Shown here: piece after piece, positions 7,969 through 16,547 of the stretch
Position numbering within the stretch: the first letter of the stretch is position 1
How the letters are laid out: each line of letters begins with the position of its first letter
DNA from: a virus
Taxonomy: Duplodnaviria; Caudoviricetes
Reading direction: 5' to 3' (one strand)
DNA: 57,490 bases
Virus record (IMG/VR): IMGVR_UViG_3300042988_000148
Span: 1 to 57,490 of that record
Notes under the pieces: model-generated
What the model was told of the DNA's origin: nothing
What the model saw: only the letters and a program-made list of their open reading frames with translations
Database searches by the model: none
Program-made: the position numbers and the translations under genes

Positions 7969-9314
7969 TGGGTTTCAATTTTACAGCGTTTGGTGGTGGC
8001 TTTGCTGAAGCTGCTGTCGAGGACATTCAGAAAGCAGAGAAGCTTGCTGCTGCTCGTGGTGCAGCTGGTGTTAAGCAACTCACAGAGAGCTACAAAGCTG
8101 TTGTTGAAGAGAACAACAAAGCTAAGAAAGAGTTGAAAGAGAACATCAACTTTCTTCGCACATATGATCCTACCGCCACAGAACAAGAGCTGTTCGAGGT
8201 TGCAAAGTCTAAAGCGTTTATGGGTATGATTACTGAGCGAGTTAAGAAGGATGACTTCGACGCTAGTACATTTAAGATTTCGAACTTTGCTAAGGTTGCT
8301 CAAGACAACGTTCAGTCCACAGCCTTGGAGCGTGCTGATCAGATGTTCAAGATGGCACCGGCTGCTAAGGTTGCGTTTGAGGCAGTGAAGAAAACTGGTA
8401 ATCCTTTGCGGGATCTTGCAGCCACTGCTGGCGCTCGTGCGTCTGAGCAAGCTGCCCGTGACACTGCTGCCGCTATGGGTGTTTCACTTGAGGAATTGCA
8501 GGCAGCTAAGCAATATGCAAAGCCTGTGTTGGAGAGTAATGCCACATTTAACATGGGCGCTGCTATTCGTACAAAGACATTTGATCAGCAACTCAATGAT
8601 GCGCAGGTCGCTCTGGTTAATGCTCAGAAATCTGGTGATGCTAATAAGATCAACTTGGCTAAAGCAGATCTGTTGGTGTTCAAGACTGTCAAGGATAGTA
8701 TGAGTCCTGAACAGACAACGTTTGCCAACAAGGTTGCTGACCTCAAGAACAAGATTGCTTTCGGTACTCCTGACGAGAAGAAAGCGGCGCAAGGCGAGTT
8801 CAACAAAGTGTTGCAGATCGAGCGTCAAGAAGCTCTGGCTAAGAAGACAGGTGACGGTGAAGGTAACATTCCTAAGCTAGGTACACTGAACACGTTTACG
8901 TCTGGTGCTGTTGCTCGTAAGGTTGCTGAAGTTCACGGCGATCTGATTCGATCTAAACAGCTTGCTCTGATCGAGAAGCCCGATGGCAGTGTGTCGCTTG
9001 AGTACACTGGTGACAATCCAGAAGCTCGTGCTAAGATTAATAACACAGCATACGATGCTGCTAAGAATGCTTTGTCGCTCTACACTGCGCCTAACGGAGA
9101 ACCTATGACTCGTGATGTTGCTGCTGTGTTGAACACATATGTTCCTAAGTCGGTGATGAAAACTCCTGCTGATCAAACACCAACGCCTGCCAAACCTGCC
9201 GCTCCTGTAGCCGCAGATCCAATCCGCAAAGAAGCAGAAGCCGCCATTGCCAACGGTGCTGATCGTGCCGCTGTTGCCAAGCGATATAAAGAACGAACTG
9301 GTAAGGATTTCTAA
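7968..9314 (+). CDS. Internal virion (ejection) protein
   Basis: N-terminal FGGGFA, helical composition, between other ejection genes. Confidence 0.75.
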   Translation: MGFNFTAFGGGFAEAAVEDIQKAEKLAAARGAAGVKQLTESYKAVVEENNKAKKELKENINFLRTYDPTATEQELFEVAKSKAFMGMITERVKKDDFDASTFKISNFAKVAQDNVQSTALERADQMFKMAPAAKVAFEAVKKTGNPLRDLAATAGARASEQAARDTAAAMGVSLEELQAAKQYAKPVLESNATFNMGAAIRTKTFDQQLNDAQVALVNAQKSGDANKINLAKADLLVFKTVKDSMSPEQTTFANKVADLKNKIAFGTPDEKKAAQGEFNKVLQIERQEALAKKTGDGEGNIPKLGTLNTFTSGAVARKVAEVHGDLIRSKQLALIEKPDGSVSLEYTGDNPEARAKINNTAYDAAKNALSLYTAPNGEPMTRDVAAVLNTYVPKSVMKTPADQTPTPAKPAAPVAADPIRKEAEAAIANGADRAAVAKRYKERTGKDF

Positions 9315-12300
9315 ATGGGAATGTTTGATGATCTGCTTCCGTCTTCGGGCGGAGGTAACACCTTTGACGATTTGATTCCTGCAAAGCAGCCACAACCTGT
9401 CGCTGCAAAGCCAGAAGAAGATCTCACAAAGCCTGCCTTCTTGACACCGAAGCAACCAGCTAAGGCTCTCAAGGAAGTGCAGACTGCTGCTGTTGAAGAG
9501 CGCAACAAACCAAAGTTTGATTATCAAGAACTCTACACCAATCCTGACTTGTTTAAGATTGTTCAAGACTATTCGAAAGCGTCAACTGGTGCTGTGTACA
9601 AAGAAGGTGAAGACAAAGAGAAGTTCACTGCCAACTTCATGACCAATCTTCGTGGTCAAGACTGGAACACATTCAGCAACATTGCATATCTGAATAAGCT
9701 GAAGAATGCTCCAATGGAAGACAAAGAGAAGTTGGCGCTTGGTCGTCGTCTCTTTGATCAGGTGAAGGATGCTACAGAGGCGGGTGGTCAACCCGGTGCT
9801 CGACCATTCTATGACATGGCATCGTCTGCTCTGACAGACTTGACCAACTATGTGGGTCTTGGCGTTGCAACGTTGGGTAAGAAAGCGGTCACTAAGGCAG
9901 CAACAACCACTGCTTTGCAACAAGCAGAAAAGAGCATTGCCGCTAAAGCGTTGACACCCACCACTGCCAAAGTTGTTGGTGCAACCACTGCTGTTGAGGG
10001 TACCATCGGTGCAGGTCAAAACGTTCTACAACAGAAGTCTCAACAAGAGGTGTCTAAAGCGCTTGGTGAAAAACCTTCCGATCTTGACTATACACAAGTT
10101 GGTGCCGCTGCTTTGTTGTCAGCTGTATTTGGTTTTGGTGAAGCTAAAGGTACTGCGGCAATGAAGCCTGCTCAGTCTGGTACTGAGAAGCTCAACGAAA
10201 TCTTGAAGAGTAAGGTGAAAGCGCCTGCCGATCCTAACGCACCACCCACTGCTGTTGAGCGTGTGCTGACAGATCCTGTTCAAGAGAACATGGACACTGT
10301 TGTTGAAGAGTTTATGAACATCCAAGGCGGTCGCATCTTGGACGACATCAATCCTGCTACACCGCTGACAGATGCGAAGGTGCAGAAGGACTTGTCTGGT
10401 CGCGCTGTTCGTGTTGCTCTGTATGTTATGGAACAAGACCCAACATTCCGTGTCAAGCCCGGACAGAAGACAAGCACCGCCATTGCTGAAGTGTTCTCCA
10501 ACTTGGACAAGGTTGATGATGTTGCCCTTGAGCAAGCCATTCGTAAAGAAGGTTTGACACCTGAAGAGTTTGCACAGGCTAACAAGCTGACAGTGACAGA
10601 AGCTGCTCAAGTGATGCAGCAATATTCTGCTGCCGCTAAAGCTATGTCGCGCCTGTCACAGATTGATCCTGCCTTCAAAGAACAAGCTGATCTGTTGTTC
10701 GGTAAACCTGACGAGTACACATCGGCGCTTGGTCGAGTTGGTCAGATGGTGTCCACTGTCGAGCGTGAGTCTAAGGCTTGGGTTGTTTCTGGTATTGGTA
10801 CCACCGTGCGTAACATCATCGGTACTGGTGTTGGCCTGACATACAACTCTGCTGCATCGCTGATTGAAGGTAGTCTCTACACTGTTGGTCGCACTGCCGC
10901 TGCTGCTGTCAATCCCGGTGGTCTTGGTATCAAAGACACTTTCAAGAAAGGTGTCAGCGATACAATGAAGGATGCGTTCGGTGTGTATGGACAATTGCTG
11001 CGGTCTGATTTGTCTGCTGCAACCACTGACACTTTGTTGCAACACAATCCTGCATTGCGTAACAACATCTTGAGTGCAACACAGGAAAATGCAACCAATG
11101 ACATTTCCAAAGTGGCTAAGCTGTTCAACAGTTTGAACGTTGCACAGGATGCTTTCTTCCGCCGCGCCATCTTCAACGCTTCTGTTGATAAGAACATGCG
11201 TAAGCTTGGCTTGGATATGTATGAGACTGTTGCTGAAGGCAAGACCATTCCGGCATCAATCTTGAAAGAAGCCACTGACGATACGCTGAAGGCTACGTTC
11301 TCATATACACCCAAGCAACAAAAGCACGGGATTAAATCGTTCGAAGCTGGTGCTGAAGGGTTAGGTAATTTGTTTGTTAAAGCTGCAGAGTTCCCCGGTG
11401 GTTCTTTGCTGGCAACCTTCCCTCGCTTCATGTCTAACGCCATCGCATTCCAATATCGCTACAGCGTCTTTGGTGGTGCATCTGGTGTGTCGGATGTGTT
11501 GGCTGGTTCGAAGAAGCTTGCTGCTGGTGATGAAACTGGTCGTGCTCTAGTCAACAAAGGTATGGAGAATTTCTCCAAAGGTGTTGTTGGTACAGCCGCT
11601 CTTGCTGCTGCATACGACTATCGATTGAACAACCAAGACACCGAGTGGTACAACTTCAAGACCGAAGACGGCACCACTGTCGATACTCGCGCAATCTTCC
11701 CTCTTGGTCCTACATTGGCGGTTGCCGACTTCATGGCAAAGCGTAAACAAGGACTTGAGCCAAAGACTGCAGAGATGGTGGAGTCCATTGTCGGCATGAA
11801 GATGCCTGCTGGTACACAAAACCAATTCCTTGATCAGGTGTTTGCCGCATTCTCGTCTGAGAAAGAAGCTGACAAAATGGAAATTGCTGTTGGTAAAGTG
11901 CTGGGTGATTTCACTGCACGTTTCTCTCAGCCGTTCCTGTTCAAGAGTGCCTACGAATTCTTTGACCTGTTCCGTGAAGAAGGAACAATCCAGCGCGACC
12001 CCAACGTAATTAAGGCTCAAGAGAGCGGTGATCGTTTCATTGAAGCCGCTGTCAATCGTGTGCAGTCTAAACTGCCGGTGGTGAAAGAACAACTACCTGC
12101 TGCTGTTCCTCGCCTGCGTGAAGGTCCAGTGTACAAAGAAGGTGAATTCTTCAACAGCTTGATTGGTGTTCGTGAAGCAACTGAGAAGTCTCCTGTTGAG
12201 CAAGAGATTACACGACTTGGCATTGACCCTTATCGTCTGTACGGTCCCTCTTCTGGTGATCGTGAATATGATCGTGCGTTTGTTGAAGCTGCTAACCCAA

Positions 12301-14489
12301 TGGTCATTAAGACTATTCAGCGTGTTATGGCAAACGAGCGTTATCAGGCTCTGCCAATTGCTGAACAAAAGGTAGCGTTGGCTAACACTGTTCGTGACAT
12401 CACATCTATTGCTCGTGACAAAACTGACGCTAAGTTTACTGCACAGGATCTGGACCGTGTCAAGAAGATGCGTTTCGATAAGTTGTCTGGTGAAGTGCGT
12501 AAGGTGATCAATGACCGCTACGCCAAAGACCATGATGGTGTCACTCTGGAACAAGCCAAAGACTATCGTGCCGTAGACAAGTACGAAGCTATGATGGGAA
12601 ATCTGCAGTTTGCTGCCGGTGGTTTGGTTCCTGCATTTGCCGGTGGTGGTCTTGCTGCTGCTAAAGCTGTTGGTAAAACAGCTATCAAAGCGGCTAGTGA
12701 ATCTGTGTTGGACACAGCAAAGCGCCTCGGTGGTGCAGCGGCAGATGTTGCCGATACTGAAATTGACTCCATCATCAATAAGAACTTAGGTGTTAAAGCA
12801 ACACCTGCACCGTCTCCAGTAATGGAGCAGATGACTAACGTGTTGTCTAAACCCAAAGCTGTTCCAAAACCTTTGCTGCCTGCAACGCCAGCAAAGGCAC
12901 CTGCGGCGCTTCCGACAGAAGAAGCAATACCTACCCTGACAACACAGGCGATAGAGGCTCCTGCGCCCTCAAAAGCCTTTGCCGATGAAGACTATGTCAA
13001 GGGTGAAGAGTTGATGAAGGAAAACTACGACGAGGCTTTCCTCAAGTCGTGGAAGATTGCTAATCCAGAAGATTATGAAAACACTTTGCATTCCTATACG
13101 GGTCAAGCTAAGGGTCTGAAGTATTCTGAGATGCCACCGGTTCCTTTTGCTAAGAAGATCGATGAGTCTGCCGAGTCTTTGGTGGATGAAGTTGTCTATG
13201 ACATTGACGGCAATCCAATTGTCATTGGTCAAAAACCTGCGCCTGTGAAGGAAGTGGTCGATGACTATTACGGTGTTGATGAAAAGTATTTGTCTGGTGA
13301 CATGAACGCTGTTGCTGGAAAGAACAACATTGCTCGTCGCAACGACACTATTTCTGCAATCAAAGAGAAACGCGAAGACACCTTCTTCAAGCTGCGCAAC
13401 AACACAAAGTTTGCTGACATTGATGATGATGTGTTGGGTGTGGTGTTGGGGGATTATCGTTACTCTCGTGGTGTCGAAATCAACGCCAAAGATTCTACGA
13501 TGCTCGACGATGTTGTGAAGATGGCTGGTCAGTATCAGAAACGCCTTGATGCTTTGCGCGAGAAATACAAGGATGTTCCGCCAGTGAAGTTGTTCCACGG
13601 ACAGAATGTTGAAGAAGACATCAACAAACTCAAACGAGAAGGCTTTAAAGACCCTTCGAAGCTTGACTACTTCCATTCTGAGATGATGGTGGGTGCCCCT
13701 TCGTTCACTAAGGATTTGAACCTTGGTTTCCGTGGTGGTCCTTTCGGCGGTACAAGCCCTGAGAAGTATGTTGTCACAGAGATTCCATATGCTGATTATG
13801 TGTTCAACAAAATCAACATGGCCCCTGAGAAGTATGACAACAAAGATCTGAACACAATCCTTCGTGCTGTGACTGGTGCGCCCGGTGTTGTTCGTCCTGT
13901 TGGTCTGCCACGCGCCGGGTTCTTGGAGACAGAAGACATGATGGTAGAGGCTGAGAAACTTCGTGTTAAAGGTAAAAGCGCAACATTGCGTGGTGCCGAA
14001 ACAGACATTTCTGAAGCTCTGCAACGTGGCGGTAAAGATGTCATTCGCAGTGAGGTGAAGAAGAACGAAGAGATTGTTTCAGAATACATGAAGCAGGCTC
14101 GTCAGTCTAGCGACCCTAAAGAGCGAATGAAGCTGGCGTACATGTCGTATGGTGGCATCAAGGATTTGATGAACAGCTACTTGGGCATGGGTAAAGTGAC
14201 ATCGACAAAGACAGGTCTTGGTCAACAGTATCAGGCGGCGATGAATCATCTTGCCGACTACACTGGTATTCAACGTCAGATGCGAGAAGTCGGTGATATT
14301 TTGTGGGATGGTGGAGCCAAACAGAAAGCACAGAATCTGTATGAACTCAGCGACAAGTTGAAGAAGTTTCAACAGTCGGAACCTGCAATCTCCACTGCCG
14401 CTGATGAAGCCAAACGAGTGAAGCCTCTTGATGAGGTGAGGAAGTTTGTGCCAAAGCTGGCGAAGGGTGGACTAGCAACTCGTCGGTAA
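9315..14489 (+). CDS. Large internal virion (ejection) protein, 1724 aa, with putative C-terminal ADP-ribosyltransferase-like domain
   Basis: Size and position of the last ejection gene, tandem FDDL N-terminal motif, hydrophobic Gly/Ala segments, and C-terminal LFHG / SFT / ETE motifs. Confidence 0.8.
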   Translation: MGMFDDLLPSSGGGNTFDDLIPAKQPQPVAAKPEEDLTKPAFLTPKQPAKALKEVQTAAVEERNKPKFDYQELYTNPDLFKIVQDYSKASTGAVYKEGEDKEKFTANFMTNLRGQDWNTFSNIAYLNKLKNAPMEDKEKLALGRRLFDQVKDATEAGGQPGARPFYDMASSALTDLTNYVGLGVATLGKKAVTKAATTTALQQAEKSIAAKALTPTTAKVVGATTAVEGTIGAGQNVLQQKSQQEVSKALGEKPSDLDYTQVGAAALLSAVFGFGEAKGTAAMKPAQSGTEKLNEILKSKVKAPADPNAPPTAVERVLTDPVQENMDTVVEEFMNIQGGRILDDINPATPLTDAKVQKDLSGRAVRVALYVMEQDPTFRVKPGQKTSTAIAEVFSNLDKVDDVALEQAIRKEGLTPEEFAQANKLTVTEAAQVMQQYSAAAKAMSRLSQIDPAFKEQADLLFGKPDEYTSALGRVGQMVSTVERESKAWVVSGIGTTVRNIIGTGVGLTYNSAASLIEGSLYTVGRTAAAAVNPGGLGIKDTFKKGVSDTMKDAFGVYGQLLRSDLSAATTDTLLQHNPALRNNILSATQENATNDISKVAKLFNSLNVAQDAFFRRAIFNASVDKNMRKLGLDMYETVAEGKTIPASILKEATDDTLKATFSYTPKQQKHGIKSFEAGAEGLGNLFVKAAEFPGGSLLATFPRFMSNAIAFQYRYSVFGGASGVSDVLAGSKKLAAGDETGRALVNKGMENFSKGVVGTAALAAAYDYRLNNQDTEWYNFKTEDGTTVDTRAIFPLGPTLAVADFMAKRKQGLEPKTAEMVESIVGMKMPAGTQNQFLDQVFAAFSSEKEADKMEIAVGKVLGDFTARFSQPFLFKSAYEFFDLFREEGTIQRDPNVIKAQESGDRFIEAAVNRVQSKLPVVKEQLPAAVPRLREGPVYKEGEFFNSLIGVREATEKSPVEQEITRLGIDPYRLYGPSSGDREYDRAFVEAANPMVIKTIQRVMANERYQALPIAEQKVALANTVRDITSIARDKTDAKFTAQDLDRVKKMRFDKLSGEVRKVINDRYAKDHDGVTLEQAKDYRAVDKYEAMMGNLQFAAGGLVPAFAGGGLAAAKAVGKTAIKAASESVLDTAKRLGGAAADVADTEIDSIINKNLGVKATPAPSPVMEQMTNVLSKPKAVPKPLLPATPAKAPAALPTEEAIPTLTTQAIEAPAPSKAFADEDYVKGEELMKENYDEAFLKSWKIANPEDYENTLHSYTGQAKGLKYSEMPPVPFAKKIDESAESLVDEVVYDIDGNPIVIGQKPAPVKEVVDDYYGVDEKYLSGDMNAVAGKNNIARRNDTISAIKEKREDTFFKLRNNTKFADIDDDVLGVVLGDYRYSRGVEINAKDSTMLDDVVKMAGQYQKRLDALREKYKDVPPVKLFHGQNVEEDINKLKREGFKDPSKLDYFHSEMMVGAPSFTKDLNLGFRGGPFGGTSPEKYVVTEIPYADYVFNKINMAPEKYDNKDLNTILRAVTGAPGVVRPVGLPRAGFLETEDMMVEAEKLRVKGKSATLRGAETDISEALQRGGKDVIRSEVKKNEEIVSEYMKQARQSSDPKERMKLAYMSYGGIKDLMNSYLGMGKVTSTKTGLGQQYQAAMNHLADYTGIQRQMREVGDILWDGGAKQKAQNLYELSDKLKKFQQSEPAISTAADEAKRVKPLDEVRKFVPKLAKGGLATRR

Positions 14490-14513
14490 TTGTTGATATG
14501 TACCGACAATAAG

Positions 14514-14545
14514 AAAGGGGAGCCTGTGTAGCTCCCCTTTTGTTT
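14514..14545. terminator. Bidirectional rho-independent terminator
   Basis: AAAGGGGAGC-ctgtgta-GCTCCCCTTT at the point where the two arms converge. Confidence 0.85.
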
Positions 14546-14621
14546 GGGCAGAAGGACGAGAATCGAACTCTATCTACTTGTTTCACAGACAAGTGTGCTA
14601 AACCATTACACTATCCACTGC
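14545..14621 (-). tRNA. tRNA-His(GTG), degenerate stems
   Basis: Minus strand anticodon arm CTTGT-CTGTGAA-ACAAG, TTCGA loop, G-1:C73 and encoded CCA. Mismatches in the acceptor and T stems. Confidence 0.7.
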
Positions 14622-14629
14622 ATATTATT

Positions 14630-14705
14630 TGGGATACCGGGTGTGAGTCGAACACACAACCTACGGATTTGGAATCCGTTGCTCTGCCAGTTGAGCTACC
14701 GATAT
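14630..14705 (-). tRNA. tRNA-Trp(CCA)
   Basis: Cloverleaf ATATCGG...ACGGA-TTCCAAA-TCCGT...TTCGA...CCGGTAT-C-CCA. Confidence 0.9.
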
Positions 14706-14712
14706 ACATGAA

Positions 14713-14787
14713 TGGCTCCAAAGGTAGGGATCGAACCTACGACCAACAGATTAACAGTCTGCTGCACTACCGCTGTGCTACTTTGGA
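14713..14787 (-). tRNA. tRNA-Asn(GTT)
   Basis: Cloverleaf TCCAAAG...CAGA-CTGTTAA-TCTG...GTAGG-TTCGATC-CCTAC-CTTTGGA-G-CCA. Confidence 0.95.
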
Positions 14788-14802
14788 AAGGGTATTGTTA
14801 TA

Positions 14803-15186
14803 TCACACTTTGAACGCTTCTTTCAACTGCTCTGTAGCAATCTCCACAAGCTCAGGATGACGGAACGGGTACTTGTCAGGAATCTGCAGCACATGACATT
14901 CCATGTTGTCGATCATTCCACCATAAGTGAAACGAGCAACGCGATGGTTGTCTGCGTCAACAAACACCACAGCATCGGCCCAATGAAGCTGCACCTCATC
15001 CAGAGGGGTGAGAGCATATTCACTAGATGTACCAACAGCACGAGTGTTGTAGTTGAACGGATCGTTAGACAATATCCAAGCCAACGTAGGACTACGCAGC
15101 AATCCTGCTGAGCATATACACAGCACTTTCTTTGCAGTACCCTGATGTGGGTTCTTCATATTGTGAAGACGATTGAACGATGTCAT
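14803..15186 (-). CDS. Low-molecular-weight protein tyrosine phosphatase-like protein
   Basis: CX5R P-loop VLCICSAGLLRSPT, plus WAD and IPD motifs. Confidence 0.85.
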   Translation of the reverse strand: MTSFNRLHNMKNPHQGTAKKVLCICSAGLLRSPTLAWILSNDPFNYNTRAVGTSSEYALTPLDEVQLHWADAVVFVDADNHRVARFTYGGMIDNMECHVLQIPDKYPFRHPELVEIATEQLKEAFKV

Positions 15187-15356
15187 TTCAGTTTCTCAAG
15201 ATTGTCAAAGTAGGCACGGTCCCAACCACGCTGCCACTCTTTACCGGCTGTACTATCAGCATCATACTGATTGCTCAACCATCCGCGAGTGAAAGCGTAA
15301 TAGCCTTGACCATACTGAATCTTCAGAGGCGCTGGGCGTTCTTGTTTAATCTGCAT
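15183..15356 (-). CDS. Ribosome modulation factor (Rmf)-like small protein, 57 aa (not in ORF track)
   Basis: MQIKQERPAPLKIQYGQGYYAFTRGWLSNQYDADSTAGKEWQRGWDRAYFDNLEKLK. GGAG SD, ATGA coupling and G-Y-x-A...W-x-x-GW pattern. Confidence 0.65.
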   Translation of the reverse strand: MQIKQERPAPLKIQYGQGYYAFTRGWLSNQYDADSTAGKEWQRGWDRAYFDNLEKLK

Positions 15357-15645
15357 AGATATCTCCTTCTTTCAAACGAGTTGCGAGTACATAGCCTTCA
15401 AGTTCCCATAGCTTACTGATGGCATCTTCATAGGCATACTTTTCACCGAGAGCTTGGTTGAACTTCTTAGGATCAACACAGGCGCTCTTACCAATCAACA
15501 GAAAACCATTGTCGAGATACATCAAGCACAGAGTGGTTGTTGAGTCTTCGACACGTTGATAAGCTGTTCGCTTAATCTTCGATGTGATGCCTGTAATGGT
15601 ACAGGTTGTATCACGCAGCTTAGGCTCATTCGGTTGGTTCATCAA
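15346..15645 (-). CDS. N4 Gp49/Sf6 gp66 family protein (Acb4-like nucleotide sponge candidate)
   Basis: TLC-x4-NGF-x3-G-x-SACVDP-x2-F-x4-G...KLWELEGY signature. Confidence 0.8.
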   Translation of the reverse strand: MMNQPNEPKLRDTTCTITGITSKIKRTAYQRVEDSTTTLCLMYLDNGFLLIGKSACVDPKKFNQALGEKYAYEDAISKLWELEGYVLATRLKEGDIYAD

Positions 15646-15808
15646 TCACCTCTGTGCCTTCTTTAACAGCAATGTTTCGCATCGCTTCTACCGCCACATA
15701 TGCCATGTAGTGGGCAGAGCTGTTTGAGTTGACACCTCCTTCACCGAAGTCAACATTGACACCAGTGGTGGTGTCTTCATCGGTGATGGTGATAATTACT
15801 TTACTCAT
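15626..15808 (-). CDS. Hypothetical protein
   Basis: AAGGA SD, overlaps both neighbours. Confidence 0.6.
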   Translation of the reverse strand: MSKVIITITDEDTTTGVNVDFGEGGVNSNSSAHYMAYVAVEAMRNIAVKEGTEVIDEPTE

Positions 15809-16302
15809 TAGATTTCCTTTGTGATAGAGCTATGCTCTTTGAGTTGATGGATAGGAAGATTGTAGCAATCGCTTTTGACAACATAACCATTGCTGGTATC
15901 TATTGTACCCTTTTTCATGAACACCGCATCTTTCATATAGTCTTCTTTAGGGTATATACCTAAGAACCAACCAACAGTGAAGTCGTTCTTGACACGAACA
16001 AAAGCATAGTAGTCACACTTCTGAGTTGTGTTTAAGTTTGCAATCGAGCACTCATAAGTTACAAGTGGTTTAACACTGGTCTGCTTAGTCTTCACATCCA
16101 CTGATTTGCCGTTGCACAGGATGAGATCATAGTCGTAGGTGTTTGCTAACACACCACCCATGACCTGTTGAGCAATGGCTTCACCAATGAAGCCAGCGAT
16201 GTTGCCAGCACCGTTGATGATGCTATTGCGTAGCTTACCCATTGATGCCGCCTTATCACGTGCTTCAACAAGCATGTCAGCTGAGATTGTCACTTCAATC
16301 AA
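15808..16302 (-). CDS. PD-(D/E)xK nuclease-like protein
   Basis: G-x-x-GE...YD-x-D...VDVKTK motif arrangement. Confidence 0.55.
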   Translation of the reverse strand: MIEVTISADMLVEARDKAASMGKLRNSIINGAGNIAGFIGEAIAQQVMGGVLANTYDYDLILCNGKSVDVKTKQTSVKPLVTYECSIANLNTTQKCDYYAFVRVKNDFTVGWFLGIYPKEDYMKDAVFMKKGTIDTSNGYVVKSDCYNLPIHQLKEHSSITKEI

Positions 16303-16505
16303 AACGACCCCTGTGTAAGCTCTATCGGCTTGACGACATATCTGGACTGCTCACCAAAAAGTGTCTTATTACTACGCCAACCTTGTTGTGTGTTCCAAGC
16401 ATTCTTGGCGTTGCCGACTTTCGTCCACGCAGCCTTGTGATTGATCGTCACAAACTCATTTGTTTCTGTGTCAACAATCACGTAAATGATTTTGTAGTTT
16501 GTCAT
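16299..16505 (-). CDS. Hypothetical protein
   Basis: ORF coupled to the downstream gene. Confidence 0.6.
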   Translation of the reverse strand: MTNYKIIYVIVDTETNEFVTINHKAAWTKVGNAKNAWNTQQGWRSNKTLFGEQSRYVVKPIELTQGSF

Positions 16506-16517
16506 TACATTCTTTCT

Positions 16518-16543
16518 AAGAAGAAGGGGCCGAAGCCCCTTTG
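16518..16543 (-). terminator. Rho-independent terminator after nrdJ
   Basis: Minus strand AAGGGGC-TTCG-GCCCCTT followed by CTT (short U-tract). Confidence 0.65.
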
Positions 16544-16547
16544 TTGT

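Noticed and set aside
15190-15345. Apparent intergenic gap as ncRNA
   Set aside because: Explained by a 57-aa minus-strand ORF with SD and coupled ends.
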